Assembly: GCA_976551045.1 (NCBI GenBank)
Contig: CDPCPM010000016.1
Span: forward strand, 27,094,001-27,158,000
Reading direction: 5' to 3'
Source: Glaucostegus cemiculus
Taxonomy: Eukaryota
Length of the DNA: 64,000 nucleotides
Within the stretch, counting starts at the first letter, position 1, and every line of letters begins with the position of its first letter. This document shows, one piece after another, positions 39,076 through 52,068 of the stretch. Both the position numbers and the translations under genes were made by a program. The notes under the pieces were generated by a model that was not told the DNA's origin, made no database searches, and was given only the letters and a program-made list of their open reading frames with translations.

Positions 39076-40389
39076 AGGCCATAGATTAAGTTTGTGTACC
39101 AAGCTAATATTTTTATTCCCTTATATAGTTCATCATATTGTGATTACTTTTCCCACCTGTGTCCACGATATCGTGCTTGTACCTTGCTTAAATTGTTGTA
39201 ACAATGGTACAGCAGAAACAGGCCACAACACGTTGCTCCACCACCTATCTAGCTTTCCCTGAAATGCATCTATGTTATATGATTCAATGATGCTTCAAAA
39301 CAGTGAATGCCACATTTTTGTTACGCACTGGACAGAAAGTTTCCCCTGAATTCCATATTGGCTTTATTTTATAGTTATTGTTCCTAATTTTGGACTACCT
39401 CACATGTTTATATTTCACTTATTCACTTGATAATTGTTGCTTATTGTTCACGCTTGGATGCCTCTAAACTGAGTAGTTTGCTAAGTAAGCTGTTTCAAAG
39501 GACAATTAATAGTGACCTACAGTACTCAGGAACTGGAGTCACAGACCACATAATATTGGCAGATTTCCTTTCCTGAGGGTCATGAGTAAAGCAGATAGGT
39601 GTTTGCGATACTACAATGGTTTCATTGCCACTGTGCCTGATATTTGGTTTTTATTACTAGTTTATTTAATTACTTGCATTTACATGAATCTCTAGATTGA
39701 TGGGGGTGCTGTAGCAAAAGTGGTTGCAGAATTCTCCACATTTACCCAGTCTCTACCAGGTCAGTCTTCAAACTTGTTGTCTATATCCAAGCGTTCACCA
39801 GTCTGCTCAGTTTTCTCGATAGTGTATAATCTTCAATTTCTGGTATTGTCCTTGTAAATTATTTTGCACTTCCTTCAAAGGTTTCATTTTCTTGTTATAA
39901 TGTGATGACCAGAAGACCGCCTTTTGCTCTGAGCGCAGTCTAAATGATAAAATTTCAACCTAAGCTCTGATTTTTGACATCCAACTATCTCAAAACGAGT
40001 TCCAGTGCTTGGTTTGCTGTTTATATGATGCCATTATTTTAGCCATTTGAGTTCATGTGTCCTATTATTTCTCTGTCCCTTTCAGGCTGTCACTTGTCCA
40101 ATGCTACATGGTGCAGCAAAAACAGAAATTGCTGGAGCTTTACAGCAGATACCTCCAGCATCTTATGTTTTTATTTCAGATTTCATGTTTCACTGTGCTT
40201 TTTTAATTACTTTTGGGAGTTTTTGCTCGGGTTTTCAAATGATTCATAAACTCACAGAGGGTTTAGGAGAATAAAGAAGTCCTCAACAGTTTGATACAGA
40301 TATTGATGTGGAAACAAGAGGTTATTCCAAAAATGTGGAGCTGGGTTATCAGTAAGTGATAGCTGTTATTGCAGCAGAGCATTGATGAA

Positions 40390-40890
40390 AGGATTGGGAG
40401 AGGTATGGTTGCAATGTGAATGTTCCTAGAGTGCAAGTTTATGAGGAGTAGTAGTATAGGTTGATGGGGGTGCTGAAAGTATTAATTTATGATGACGTTG
40501 GATAGGCTAGGCCTGTACTTTCTTGACTGTGGAAAACTAAAGAACAAGGTAATGTTTATAATGATTTATTAATAGAGTAGATAAAAAGAAACTGGTAAGA
40601 GATTCCAGAACAAAGGATCACAATCTTAAAATTAGCCATAGACTGTTTCAGGGTAATGTCAGGAAGCATGAATTCACACAAAGGGAACTGGAAATCTGGA
40701 ATAATCTTCTCAAAAATGCTTTAGACTCTGGATGAATAGAACAAGTGGATCAATACACTGAGAGTTTGCATGGAGGAAGATCTATAGATAAAACGCAATG
40801 AGAGTAAATGAAGCTGAGAAACAGATCAGCCATGGTCTAATTGATTGGTGGATCAGGCTTATTGTCTGAATAGCTGAATTCTTTCCCTAG
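40390..40890 (+). mobile_element. Decayed CR1 3' fragment
   Basis: 'ggataggctaggcctgtac', 'ttcacacaaagggaactggaaatctggaat' and a tail 'gatcagccatggtctaattga'. Confidence 0.6.
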
Positions 40891-43800
40891 GGGAGCATTA
40901 AAGTGGATAGTAGGTTGCTGCTGACTTCTGCTTTATTTTGTTATGAAACTGGTCCACAGTTGAGGTATGGTTGGATGCACAGTAGTAAATGGAGTGGGAT
41001 CCTAAGCTTTCTCAATGGGATGAATTTTTCCCATTAGTGTCAAAGCATACAAACTTCACTAATACTTGACTTTTCTTTTATCCCCCATTCCGCTCTGACC
41101 AGACTTCCCTCACTTTGCAACCAGGAACAATGTAGCCTTGATTCAATTCAGAATTTCTCAGTTGATTTTGATGGTTGGGGCGAATTGTAGTGGTGGAGAG
41201 AGATTTTTTTGAGACTTCAAAAAATAAGTGATTGTGTTTGATAATCGGAGGTCTAATTGTAAAACGAGAAACTGGTGTCTGTGGAAAGATAAATTTACAG
41301 AGGGGAGAGATGATGGCAACAAACTGATAATGGCAATGGGAAGCTGGGAAGATGGAGTTTAAAATGGCTTACCCAACACCACAGTGATAAGTGGCACAGC
41401 ACACTCATTTGGAAAGTTAACATGAAGAACTCATTAAGAAGTGAGTAAAATGGATAGGGAAGTTTAATAACAAATTAAGGGTATAGTGGAAGTAGATGGG
41501 ACAAAAACACATCACATGAATAAACTAGATTTCTTACTCCCCTACAATAATCTTGATTCTATTGAGAATTAATGATGGACAATGCAATTCTATGTGTAAT
41601 ACAAGCCACCTTCTCACCTCTGGGGACAGAGAAAGTAGACACTCGATTTTCTTCCGAGCTCTCAGAACTTCGATCTCTGTTTCGCTGACCTATTTAGGAA
41701 AAGTCAACAAATCACAGTGGAACTTTAACAAATATTTTCATTTGTTACTTTGGGTTCATACACAAGCACACTAGTGGAAGGATTGCCACAAGTGATCTTT
41801 TGGCTGTCCTGTAATAATTTATGTTGTCCCTAGTGAAGAAGAAATTCTGTAAATTGCGTTGGTTAAAATTCTCTCAGTTGCACGCATGTGGCAAATGTTG
41901 CAGTAACAGTTTGTACTTAGTACCTTATTAAAAAGAGTAGAACTTTTGCTTACCAAGGCAATTTTTGATTTGTGTTCAAGCTTCAAAAGGGTAATAAAAT
42001 GTATTTAAAAAAATTGAAAAATAATAATTTAATTATATAAAATATAATTAGTTTCTAAATATAAAAATATAAAAATATATAAATATAAAAAGTTTCTAGC
42101 TATAGATTCTCCATACTGAACTATGTGTTGTTTTTCCCTTTCCTCTTAAAGGTTGTTTCTGCAAAGTTACTTTGCATTACTTCTGTAGTAGAAGATTTTG
42201 ACACAACTCTTATTGCTTTTCCCTGCCTTGCTAAAAAAAATTGTGCTGATTTTAATCAAGTTGTATGTGTGTAAGAGTAAACAAAAACATCAAAAAAAAT
42301 GAACCCGTATCTTTGATGGCTTTCCTTCAAACAGGAAACTTTAAAAACAAACCTTTGCAAAGCTTGGATGATGAGAAGTACTAACATTGACTTTTATCTA
42401 TGCTTAAAATTAGAAAGTTTATGTAAGAAAATATGCCGTTACTTATAAAAGACAATGAACCATATTACCTATATAATGGAAATTATGATTTTACTTCATT
42501 AAAGCAAGGTTACCGTTGACATTCAGTTTAATTTATATTTTGTTGTTTGTACTAAATAATTATCTTACTGTAGCCCAGTATCTAATTGATCATACTCATG
42601 CAATGATCATACAACATGTGTAAGGTTTTTTTTAGTTTTTATTTTATCCTCTTAATAAAATCAATGCTTTGGGTTGAATTGAATGCACAGGCCCAAATAT
42701 CTTAACCACTGACAGTGCCACATTCATTACACTGGACTGTCTGCTTTGACCATGAACACTGCACCACACCCTTCTGACTCAGGCAAGATTATTACCAACT
42801 AAGCCATGTCAGCACTATGTGGTGAAGATTTAACCAATTATGAGCAGGGGAATGACATCATTCATGAATCAATTCTGTGGAACTAATAGAATATTCTTTC
42901 TTAACAACAATTAGACAGACACGTTCTCTGAGCTTAAGAAAGACTGCAAAACACATTGGTACATCTCAATGATTTTTAAATAATGTTGAATATTTGTCAT
43001 CCAAATTAAAATTGTATTATAATAGCACATTTGATTACATTTATTGTTTATTGGAGCACATTGCTTCGGGGGACAGTTTTTTTTAGAAAAAGGCTTCATT
43101 TGGAAAATCCAGGTGGAAATCTGAGATCTATTATCTGAACTGCACCTGATGTTGAAGAATGAAAGAAATTAATGACATAATGATTACTACAAGGAATACT
43201 GCAAAGTAATTTAAATTAGGAGTGTACTTAAGTATAATGGGTGTCTTAAATTTAAGCACAATTATTTTGTTTCATTATTGCCATGGTAGTTTATTTTCCT
43301 TCTGGTCAATTGTTTTATCAATAACTAATTACTAGCAACTGATACCTCCTTGTAGGTTTTCATACCTGCATGGTACTTAAAGTTTTGTAGATTTCTTGCC
43401 TCTTTAATTCACCTGAATTTTTTTTTCAAATCAGCATAACATTTGGGTCAGTGAGCAGAATCTTCCTGGCTGATGCTGGGTTTCCAAAGGAAAACACCTG
43501 AGTTAATTGACTCAAATGGAAGTCGTGGTTTTATGTGGACCGATGTTAGTCTGGGACTGATTGAGTGACAGATTTTAATACAATGGCTGGAGGTACTTAG
43601 TGTTAAAGTAGAAATTGCCTCTCCTGTTCACTATTGGCTGAAGTATGGTTGAAGACCTCAAAGTGATTATTGCCTATGGAATGTGGTTTTTTTTATTATT
43701 TTACTTTAATGTTTTTAATGATTTGTAATTACAGTAAATATTTAATTAACTTTGTTTAGAAAATTTACATAATTCTTAATGGCATCTGGAAGGTTTTTTT

Positions 43801-44024
43801 TAAACTCCTCACAGCTTTGACGGAAACCAAAGCTCCACCCTCAGCTCTGCCTTCTGTCAAACCATGTCAGGGGTATTCTGGGGATGGGTCTTTGCACTAC
43901 CTTAGGCCTCATCACTGCTCCCCATTTCCAAGTTGCAGAGGGAGAGCAAGATAGATCCTTTATGTCTGTCCCTGATGAATGTGGCCAAGAAAGGACTACA
44001 GCTTGGTATTGGTGTCAGTTTACG

Positions 44025-44608
44025 GCACACCAACGCATCGATTTCCTCAGAAGACTAAGGAAACTTGGCATGTCCCCGATGACTCTTACCAGTTTTTACA
44101 GATGCACCATAAAAGGCATCCTATCTGGATGCCTCACAGCTTGGTATGGCAACTGCTCTGCCCAAGAGACCTATGAATTCAGCTCAGTCCATCACACACT
44201 CTAGCCTTCTCTCCATTGACTCTGTCTACACTTTCCACTAGTTCAGAAAAGCAGCCAAAATAATCAAGCACCCCTGCCTCCCCAGTCATTCTCTCTTCTC
44301 CCCTCTCCTTTTGGGCAGGAGATATAAAAGCTTAGGAACATGTACGACCAAGCTTAAGGACAGCTTCTATCCTGCTGTTATCAGATTCCTGGGTAGACCT
44401 GTCATATGCTAAAAGATGAACTCTTGATCTTGCAATCTACCTCATTGTGGCCCTTGCACTTTACTTGCAACTGTAATACTATATTCTGCATTCTGTTTTC
44501 CTTTTGACTACCTTGATGTGTATTTGTATGGAATAATCTGTTTGAATGGCTGTGAAATAAAACTCATTTCACTGTATCTTGGTACATGTGACAACAATAA
44601 ACCAGTAC
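44025..44608 (+). mobile_element. Rex1/Babar LINE, 5'-truncated
   Basis: AHQRIDFLRRLRKLGMSPMTLTSFYRCTIKGILSGCLTAWYGNCSAQ, with a 3' UTR collinear with 14200-14600. Confidence 0.85.
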
Positions 44609-47193
44609 CAGCTTCTCAATGTCCATTATGGTTAATGGTCAACTGGAGCTGACTTTTTTGCAACCTTATAATAAGCAAATGTCATTCTCGGTTCTTTACC
44701 GCCCCATGTTAATGGTCAATATTCAGTATCTTGCCCTTGATGGTACTCAGAATTTTCAGAATAATCATTTGTATGTAACAGTCATCATCCCCCAACTGAT
44801 TCTCCTACCACCGACCTCCACCAGCAATGTTTTAACAATAACCAAATAACCTAAAAACCAGCACATCTTATGACTCATATTAATAAAGAATACATGACAA
44901 GGGACCAACCATTGCATTTTACATCCTGCAAATAGTTTATCTTAGCAATTCTAAATTAACAATACGGAATGGTCAGCAGTGACCATGGTCCATGATGCTT
45001 ATCATGTTTTCTGCGTGTGCCCTGTATTGGGGAGGTAATTGAAAGACAATTTTAAGTTCAGAAATTTAATTTTAAGTGGGAATGTACTGGTGCCACTGAC
45101 ATTTTTTTTCTCGAATTGTTTTCTCCTAAGTTGTGGCCTCATGATTGTTAAAAGCTGTTTGCCTAAAATTTCTTGAAAAATTTGCTGAAACAATGTTGAA
45201 AATGCGTATTATACCTCGCTTTGGTGTAAATCTTGGAACACTGAATGAATGTTTTAGCATTGGGTATAAGTCGGGCACAACATCGCAGGCCGAAGGGCCC
45301 ATTCTGTGCTGTACTGTACTATGTTTATGACATTATTGATATTTTGTCCTGATTCTATGAAACCTGAGTTACGGAAATCCTCTGATTTTTTTAATATAGT
45401 TCTTTTCCAAGGATAAATGCAACTCACAATAATTTTTTTTGAATTTACACTAGTTCTGAGTGTGCTATGTATTTTAGCTACAGTGGGATATAAATTTGAA
45501 TTTCTGTTATATATACATTTGTTAAACTATTTCTTCACACTGAGGCCAGAATTATTTTTTCCGCAGCTCTGATTGAATCTTTAGTGCATAAGAATTTAAT
45601 CCAAATTTGAAACGTGTCCATGGGTTTATTCAGATTTAGATATTTTCAATAATTTTTATGCTTTATAAGTGATGTAAAAAGTAATATCATACACATTCAA
45701 TACAGTCCATTAAGCATGTTCCATTTTGTATTTTTTAACATTTTAAGAAATGCTAGTGGGATTCCAAATAAATTCTGGATTAACTTGCTGAAAGAGATAA
45801 TGGTTTATAATTTTAAGAAGAATTTGCACATTTAGTATGGCCTCATAATCTGTATATTATTTAATGTCTTCTATGTAGATTATTGTAGGCATTTGTTCTT
45901 CTAAAATATAATTAAATGTGCAATTAAATTTATGATAAATGTTCATGGCCCATTAACTTCCACCAATTCATATCTGCCTTTAAACAAGTTTGGTGTAACT
46001 TGCTATCACGCAAATATGTTTGGGTTAGTTTAGACTGATTAGTTTTAGGCAATAAATCAGCTCTCCTATGGATTATGTACATCAACAATTACTTGCATTA
46101 TGTAGCATCTTTAACATTGTAAAACATCCAATTGCACTTTACACATTAGAAAACAAAATTTGTGACTGAGCTGTATGAACTTCAAAGTATCTAACATTAT
46201 CTAATCTAACACCATTTAATATCTAATTTCCTATTTTCATTATTCAACACCAGCCAGCTGATCCTCCAAATCCTTTCCCCTTTTCTGACATGAGTATACC
46301 AGTTTTGATGCACATTTTAAAAACTGCTACAATTCAAACTGGAATTTATATTAAAAATAGATGAAAACAATTATTTGTGCAGATATACATTTTCATTTAT
46401 TTTAATTTCTGTCCAGTGAATTTATCTGACATTTCATCTTATTTGGTATCAAATATTCACAAACTTATTGACAATGCCTTTTGCCATTTCTCAAAAAAAG
46501 TTCAGTTGAAGATCATCCATGTTATCGAAGTTTAAATAGGTCACTATGATGACAGAGTGTCTGCAGAAAGATGAATATTTTGTGATTTGCAGTTATTTAT
46601 CATAAGAATTGTAAGGTCTTAACATAGTCCATTAAAGAAAGCTGTTCCTAGGATTCTTCATCCGTAAGGATAATATCCTATTGTTTGTAATTTGGCAATT
46701 GTGGTAATCATATATTTTATTCTGTCCATTGTCTATGTTCACAAAGACGATTTGAATTAAGATATGGATTGATGAAGCAGTGCACCAGCATGTTATGCCA
46801 GTAATTACTTGGCTGCAAGTTTGTACGGGAGTGACCCAGGTTCATCCTGGTTGTCTGGGGAGTTGGTGAAGTATTCAGCTTTGGGAGGGACAGAAAATTG
46901 GAGAACATGTCAGCCTTAACCCTTTTACATTCCATGCTGTCTGGAAGAATGCATCAGCAGAAAGGTTTCACTGCCCAATTTAGTGATGCACAATGTGAAA
47001 GCCTTACAAAGAGGATATACAAAAATAAGCTTTGGGTATGGAATTGGAAAGAAAATGAAAATTAAATGTTAGTTGCCTGAACTATCATTCAGAAACAAAA
47101 AAAGCACTGAAGCATCAGTAGAGCTGCACTATATTGTCATTTTGAATGATTTGGTTTATTAAAACTCACAGTGACTGCAACATGAACACTTAC

Positions 47194-47293
47194 CATTGGT
47201 ATTGTGTGCATTATTATATCTATAATATCCAAGTCCATTGACCAAGGTAACAGTTAATAGCAACAGAATTGCACCACCCTCTTTTGGAGCCAT
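47194..47293 (-). CDS. col10a1: Collagen X copy B, coding part of exon 2: MAPKEGGAILLLLTVTLVNG-LGYYRYNNAHNTN
   Basis: Acceptor ctttacAG at 47309-47310, a 15-nt leader, strong Kozak aacATGG, 33 codons + 1 nt, then donor G|GTAAGT (GT at 47192-47193). It encodes a hydrophobic signal peptide. It is too short for the ORF track. Confidence 0.92.
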
Positions 47294-47691
47294 GTTTGTT
47301 GTTCAGATCTGTAAAGTATTTATAGAATTTTTGAATACTGATGGAAAGGAAGGTGTGAACTAATGTAATTATCTTAAATCCAGAGTAGCACTATGTTAGC
47401 GTTAAAGCTATTAGCAGGAAACAAATTATCTACAAGAAAATAATATATTGTTAAAAATTGTGAAACATTGCATTCACGTGTAACATATTTGAAAGCTTAA
47501 AACCATTTAGTTTTAAAACTGCTAACAATTAAAACATTTAATTTATTATGCTATATGTTGCTTAACAATAATCTGCCAGTGCATTTAGTAGACACTTCAC
47601 ATTTAAGAAGGGTTCCAGAAACCGAACATGCTGTTAATAAGTAATGTAGTACTGTAGAGCTAGAATGACATTCAAAGTTTAACAAACATAC

Positions 47692-47780
47692 CGACATTTT
47701 TTATCTTCAAAATGTTGATTCAGTGCAGTCTCCCAATAATTTATCCTACAAAATAGTAGGGTGTCTGATGAAGAAGTCTT
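47692..47780 (-). other. col10a1: Non-coding exon 1 of col10a1 copy B (TSS approximate)
   Basis: Starts ~30 nt below TATAAAA and ends at donor TCG|GTATGT (GT at 47690-47691). Intron 1 is 383 bp. Confidence 0.72.
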
Positions 47781-47801
47781 TACAGAAACAATACATGTTG
47801 C

Positions 47802-47985
47802 TTTTTATATGAGAATGCTTACTCACACAACAGTAAGTTCAGTAGCTCCTCCTTTCAAGTGGAAGTACCAATTATGCTGCTTCATTTTTCACATTGACAA
47901 GTTGTATCAGGTTTGTGGTTTCTTCTGTTTTGAGTTGCCTTGACTTCATTGGCATTGCTCTTCTCATTGCAGACAATTGCAAATG
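47802..47985 (-). promoter_or_regulatory. Proximal promoter of copy B: TATA, GGAGGAG box, consensus RUNX site, CCAAT
   Basis: TATAAAAA at 47809-47802, CTTCCACTTGAAAGGAGGAG at 47865-47846, AACCACA at 47920-47914 and CCAAT at 47952-47948. Confidence 0.8.
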
Positions 47986-48280
47986 CAAATATTGAACAGC
48001 TTTCTGAATTGAGTTTTGAATGATTTGCATACTTTGGATTTAGAAATGTACTTGTAAACATTAGTGAGCACTAGCATAGATCTGTGCTATTAACCTTGTC
48101 TCAAACATTGTAATTTAAACAGACATAAGTTAGGTATGTGGATGTTCCAAACAGGTTGATCCAAACTAACTGGCAAATTTCTCTGCCATTCATTGCATGC
48201 TCTGTGTTGCACAGTTGCCATGACAAAATTGTGATTATGTGATAAAAAACAAAAAAAGACAGTCACTAACGGTCACAAAA

Positions 48281-48381
48281 GAGTATTGGCCAGAAGTTAT
48301 ACTTAATTCTGCACATTAATTCCCATTAACTTCTATGGAACCAAGTATGTGGGACATACATACATCTCTTGGCTTATACTC
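48281..48381. repeat. Degenerate 101-bp palindrome (MITE-like)
   Basis: The termini GAGTATTGGCCA and TGGCTTATACTC are imperfectly complementary. The centre is TCCCATTAACTTCTATGGAA. Confidence 0.5.
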
Positions 48382-49099
48382 CTACACTGTAGCATCCACT
48401 CATTATTGCTATGCGATGGCAGCCAAGATTTTTGTGCTCAAGTCTCAGGAGTGGCATTTGAGCCTGCAAGCTTTTGACCAGGGCAAATGATGGATGCTAC
48501 TCACTTAGCAATGACCAAACTCCTCCATATTTTTTTAATATCACAGTGTGTCTTGATCAAAATTTTCTGATTTGTCTTCCTTGGAATGGATGCACTTTTT
48601 TATACATGACCTACTGATTCTCTTATATTGGTTCACATATGACCAAGAGTATGGTTACTCTCGGCGATGATAGATATGAGTAACTCATTCTTTAGAACTA
48701 CATCCTAAAGACCATGTGCATATATTACTTAGGACTACTTATTTCTTGCTTTGCAATCTTATATCATATTTTATAACTCAATCTTTTTGGTTTCCACCTT
48801 TCATTAGATTTGTGTCTGCTTTTTCTCATCACTTGTTACTCTCACTTCGTATCTTGATTGTGATTGTTTTACAGCATGTGTCTCTTTGCTTTTAAGGGAT
48901 ATATGTTTTGTAATTTACCAAGAACTTCTATGAACACTTTCCATTGTTCTTATGTTAATAATTAGCTCAGTTTACACCAGAGTTATTTTCTAGCATTTTG
49001 AATTGTGCCTAACTTAAGTTTTAGATTTTAGTCTATGACTGCTCTTTCCTTCTCAAACCTAATGATCTACCCGGTATATCTCAGGTTTTCCTTTACTGT

Positions 49100-51360
49100 C
49101 AGATTGCTAACTAAATCTGGAATCAGCAAGGGTAGAACTTATAATGGGGCCAAAGACCATGGTTTAAAGCATTTAATTGGAGGAAATTGTGACATTCAAG
49201 ACAGGATATTGACAAGAAGTCTGATGCAATGGAGGCAGGAGAGAAATTGAAATAATTGTTGAAGAGCTTGAGTTGAGTGTTTTCAGCATTTACATCTTTG
49301 GAACTAACTAATGAGTGCCAAGGAGATCTGGAAAAGAATGGTGCTTGGATGCATTTGTGTGGAAGCAGTAAGGAAGGCCAGTACTGGAAGTGACCTGGCT
49401 GCAATTGTATACCTAACAGTCAAACCAAGTGAGGAGAGTTCCAGGGTGATGAACAGTGGAGAAGAATGATGTGGCTGAAAGGTTGCGGGGTGCAGTTAAG
49501 ATGAGAAGAAAGTGCACAAGCTCATGCTGTCCTTTGTTGCTTTTATTAGTGCCTTTGCTATGGAAAAGTAACTGTTAAGATTGTGATTTGGAGGTGTTGG
49601 AGAGATAAACACAAGTTTGAGAGGCATCAGTGCACTCAGGACTTGGAAAATGGACCCGTAGACTCCAGGTTACAAAGGTACTGATAGTGGACTTTGTAAA
49701 ACAGGTTGGGACTGGTAGTTTTGAATTTGCATAATGAGGATGACTGTACCTGAGAATGTCATCAGGAAGGAAAATTAGTTGGGAAGGCTGAGTTGAAATG
49801 AGATAAAGGGAGCAAGTTTTTTGTTCCCTGAACTAAACAACCTTAGAGATAGGAAAGGAACTAAATAAAGATACCAGCTCTCAGAGGTGGAGTAAAAGAG
49901 AAGCTCAAGATGGTGTTTCACTTGACTAGCTGTAGGAAGTAAGAGTAGGCATTAAGGATGGAATGGGTATAGGGAAGGATTTAAGTAGCTGATTGTTAAT
50001 GGAGGAAAGAATTCTTGTTCACCAGGTTGTTCCTAGAGCATTATGTGGATTAAGCAGAGGTGCTTGGTGAACCATAGAACCATAGAACTTTACAGCACAA
50101 AACAGGCCCTTCGGCCCACCAAGTTGTGCCATCCTTCAAACATCTCACAATCTAACTCTTTCCTCCCACATATCCTACTATTCCACATTCTTCCATGTGC
50201 CTATCTAACAATCTCTTGAACCTGTCCATTATATCTGCCTCTACTACCACCCCAGGCAGTGCATTCCATGCGCCAACCACTCTCTGGGTGAAAAACTTCC
50301 CTCTGACATCTCCCTTAAACTTTCCACCCAATATCTTATAGCCATGCCCTCTCATCTTGTGCATCTGCGCTCTGGGAAAGAGGCGCTGGCTATCAACTCT
50401 ATCTATTCCTCTCAATATCTTATATACCTCTATCAAGTCCCCTCTCATCCTCCTCCTCTCCAATGAGTAGAGCCCTAGCACCTTAAGCCTCTCCTCATAT
50501 TCCATACCCTCTAATCCAGGCATCATCCTGGTAAATCGCCTCTGTACCCTCTCCAACGCCTCCACATCCTTCCTATAATGTGGCGACCAGAACTGAACAC
50601 AATATTCTAAGTGCTAAGTGAAGGTCATGCTTTTTACCCTCACACTATTCCTTAGATAATACAGTGAATAGAAATTAGGAGTATATGGAGGAAGGCTTTT
50701 AACATCATCTTCAACATGTATATTAATGAGTTGGATGGGGTTGAATCCCATTAGGTGTATCTAACTCTTGGGTTGGCAATCTGGATGTTAAAGCTGGAAT
50801 GTGGACTGACAGGAGCAAGTTTTGTACTTGATAGCTTCTACCTCCATTGCAAATGGTTTTATTAACAAAGAAGTCCACTTCATTAGAACAGGTAGTGAAC
50901 AATGACGCCAAATACGCTCAGATTTACACACCCTGGACTTCTTTAGAGATAAAAGATGGGGGAGTAATCAGAGACCGAGACAGTAAATGTTTACTGAGGA
51001 GAGGGGAGGTGTGGTTAAGCAGATCATTAGTTAAGAGATTGCAAGTTTGAAATGCACTATAAATATCCTAAAATGGATTAGTGAAAAATATCCCAAGATG
51101 GAGAGGAGATGTGTGTGGATCAAAGAATGGGAAAAGCAATGTGAGATGATGCTTGTGCAGAAGCTGAAGGAAGATATCTTGGAAAAAGATGAAGAAAGGA
51201 TTAGCAGATGCAGGAATGTAACGAAAATAAGGATCTTAAAGAAAACTCATGAACGGGATATGTGGAGGGCATGTAGGTACCAGACAGATTGGAAGGGAAG
51301 ACAAGTGGTGATCAGAATTATAAACATGACTTATAATGAAAAGTGTAGCCAGGAAAGGAG
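49100..51360 (-). mobile_element. Very old L2-like LINE remnant (interrupted by young CR1)
   Basis: Purine-rich plus strand with a faint LLxDLSAAFDTVDH-like trace near 49460-49520. Boundaries are uncertain. Confidence 0.35.
50069..50613 (-). mobile_element. Young CR1 (HER1-like) LINE, 5'-truncated
   Basis: Stop-free ORF2 C-terminus ALERVQRRFTRMMPGL..LERRRMRGDLIEVYKI..FFTQRVVGAWNALP, with an 8-mer tail (GTTCTATG)n. Confidence 0.93.
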
Positions 51361-51931
51361 ACATCATTAACTCACATTCTGTCCAGCAACGGCGTATTAG
51401 ATACAGAGATCTGGCTTCAAGACTTAGAAAATCATATTCTTTATTTTCTATTGCTTTACTAATATCCTTACAAACTTATATTAACTGGAAATCTTCTTAG
51501 CAAAGTATGTAATTCTAAATTTCTTCTTGGAATATGAGCAATATAGGTAAGATTCACCACTCCTTTACATCCCTGGTCACTGTGAATTGATGGCTTACTT
51601 TCTTGAATCACTGCTAATTTTGGTGTGGTGATCACCCCACAGTGGCATTCAATTATGAGTTCAGAGATATTGATACTTTAATCAAGTCCTGATTCATGGC
51701 ATGAATATTAGTCACTGGCATATGAGGTAAATAATTAATTCATTTAAACACAACCCAGGAAACGATGATCAAGCTATTCATGCAGACAGTGTATGTCTCA
51801 GACTTGCATGTCTCGAACTTCTTCCTCAGTTCCAATGCTTAACTGGTAATACAACAGTGGTTATGCATTGTACTTATCTGAACTCTGGACATTGTGATGT
51901 CAATGGCATTGAAGCATTGAGGAAGTAGAAT

Positions 51932-52068
51932 NNNNNNNNNNNNNNNNNNNNNNNNNNNNNNNNNNNNNNNNNNNNNNNNNNNNNNNNNNNNNNNNNNNNN
52001 NNNNNNNNNNNNNNNNNNNNNNNNNNNNNNNNNNNNNNNNNNNNNNNNNNNNNNNNNNNNNNNNNNNN
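51932..52068. other. Assembly gap (137 N)
   Basis: Run of N. Confidence 0.99.

Noticed and set aside
42000-42090. Extremely AT-rich tract
   Set aside because: Low-complexity (ATAAAA/ATAT) sequence with no further structure.
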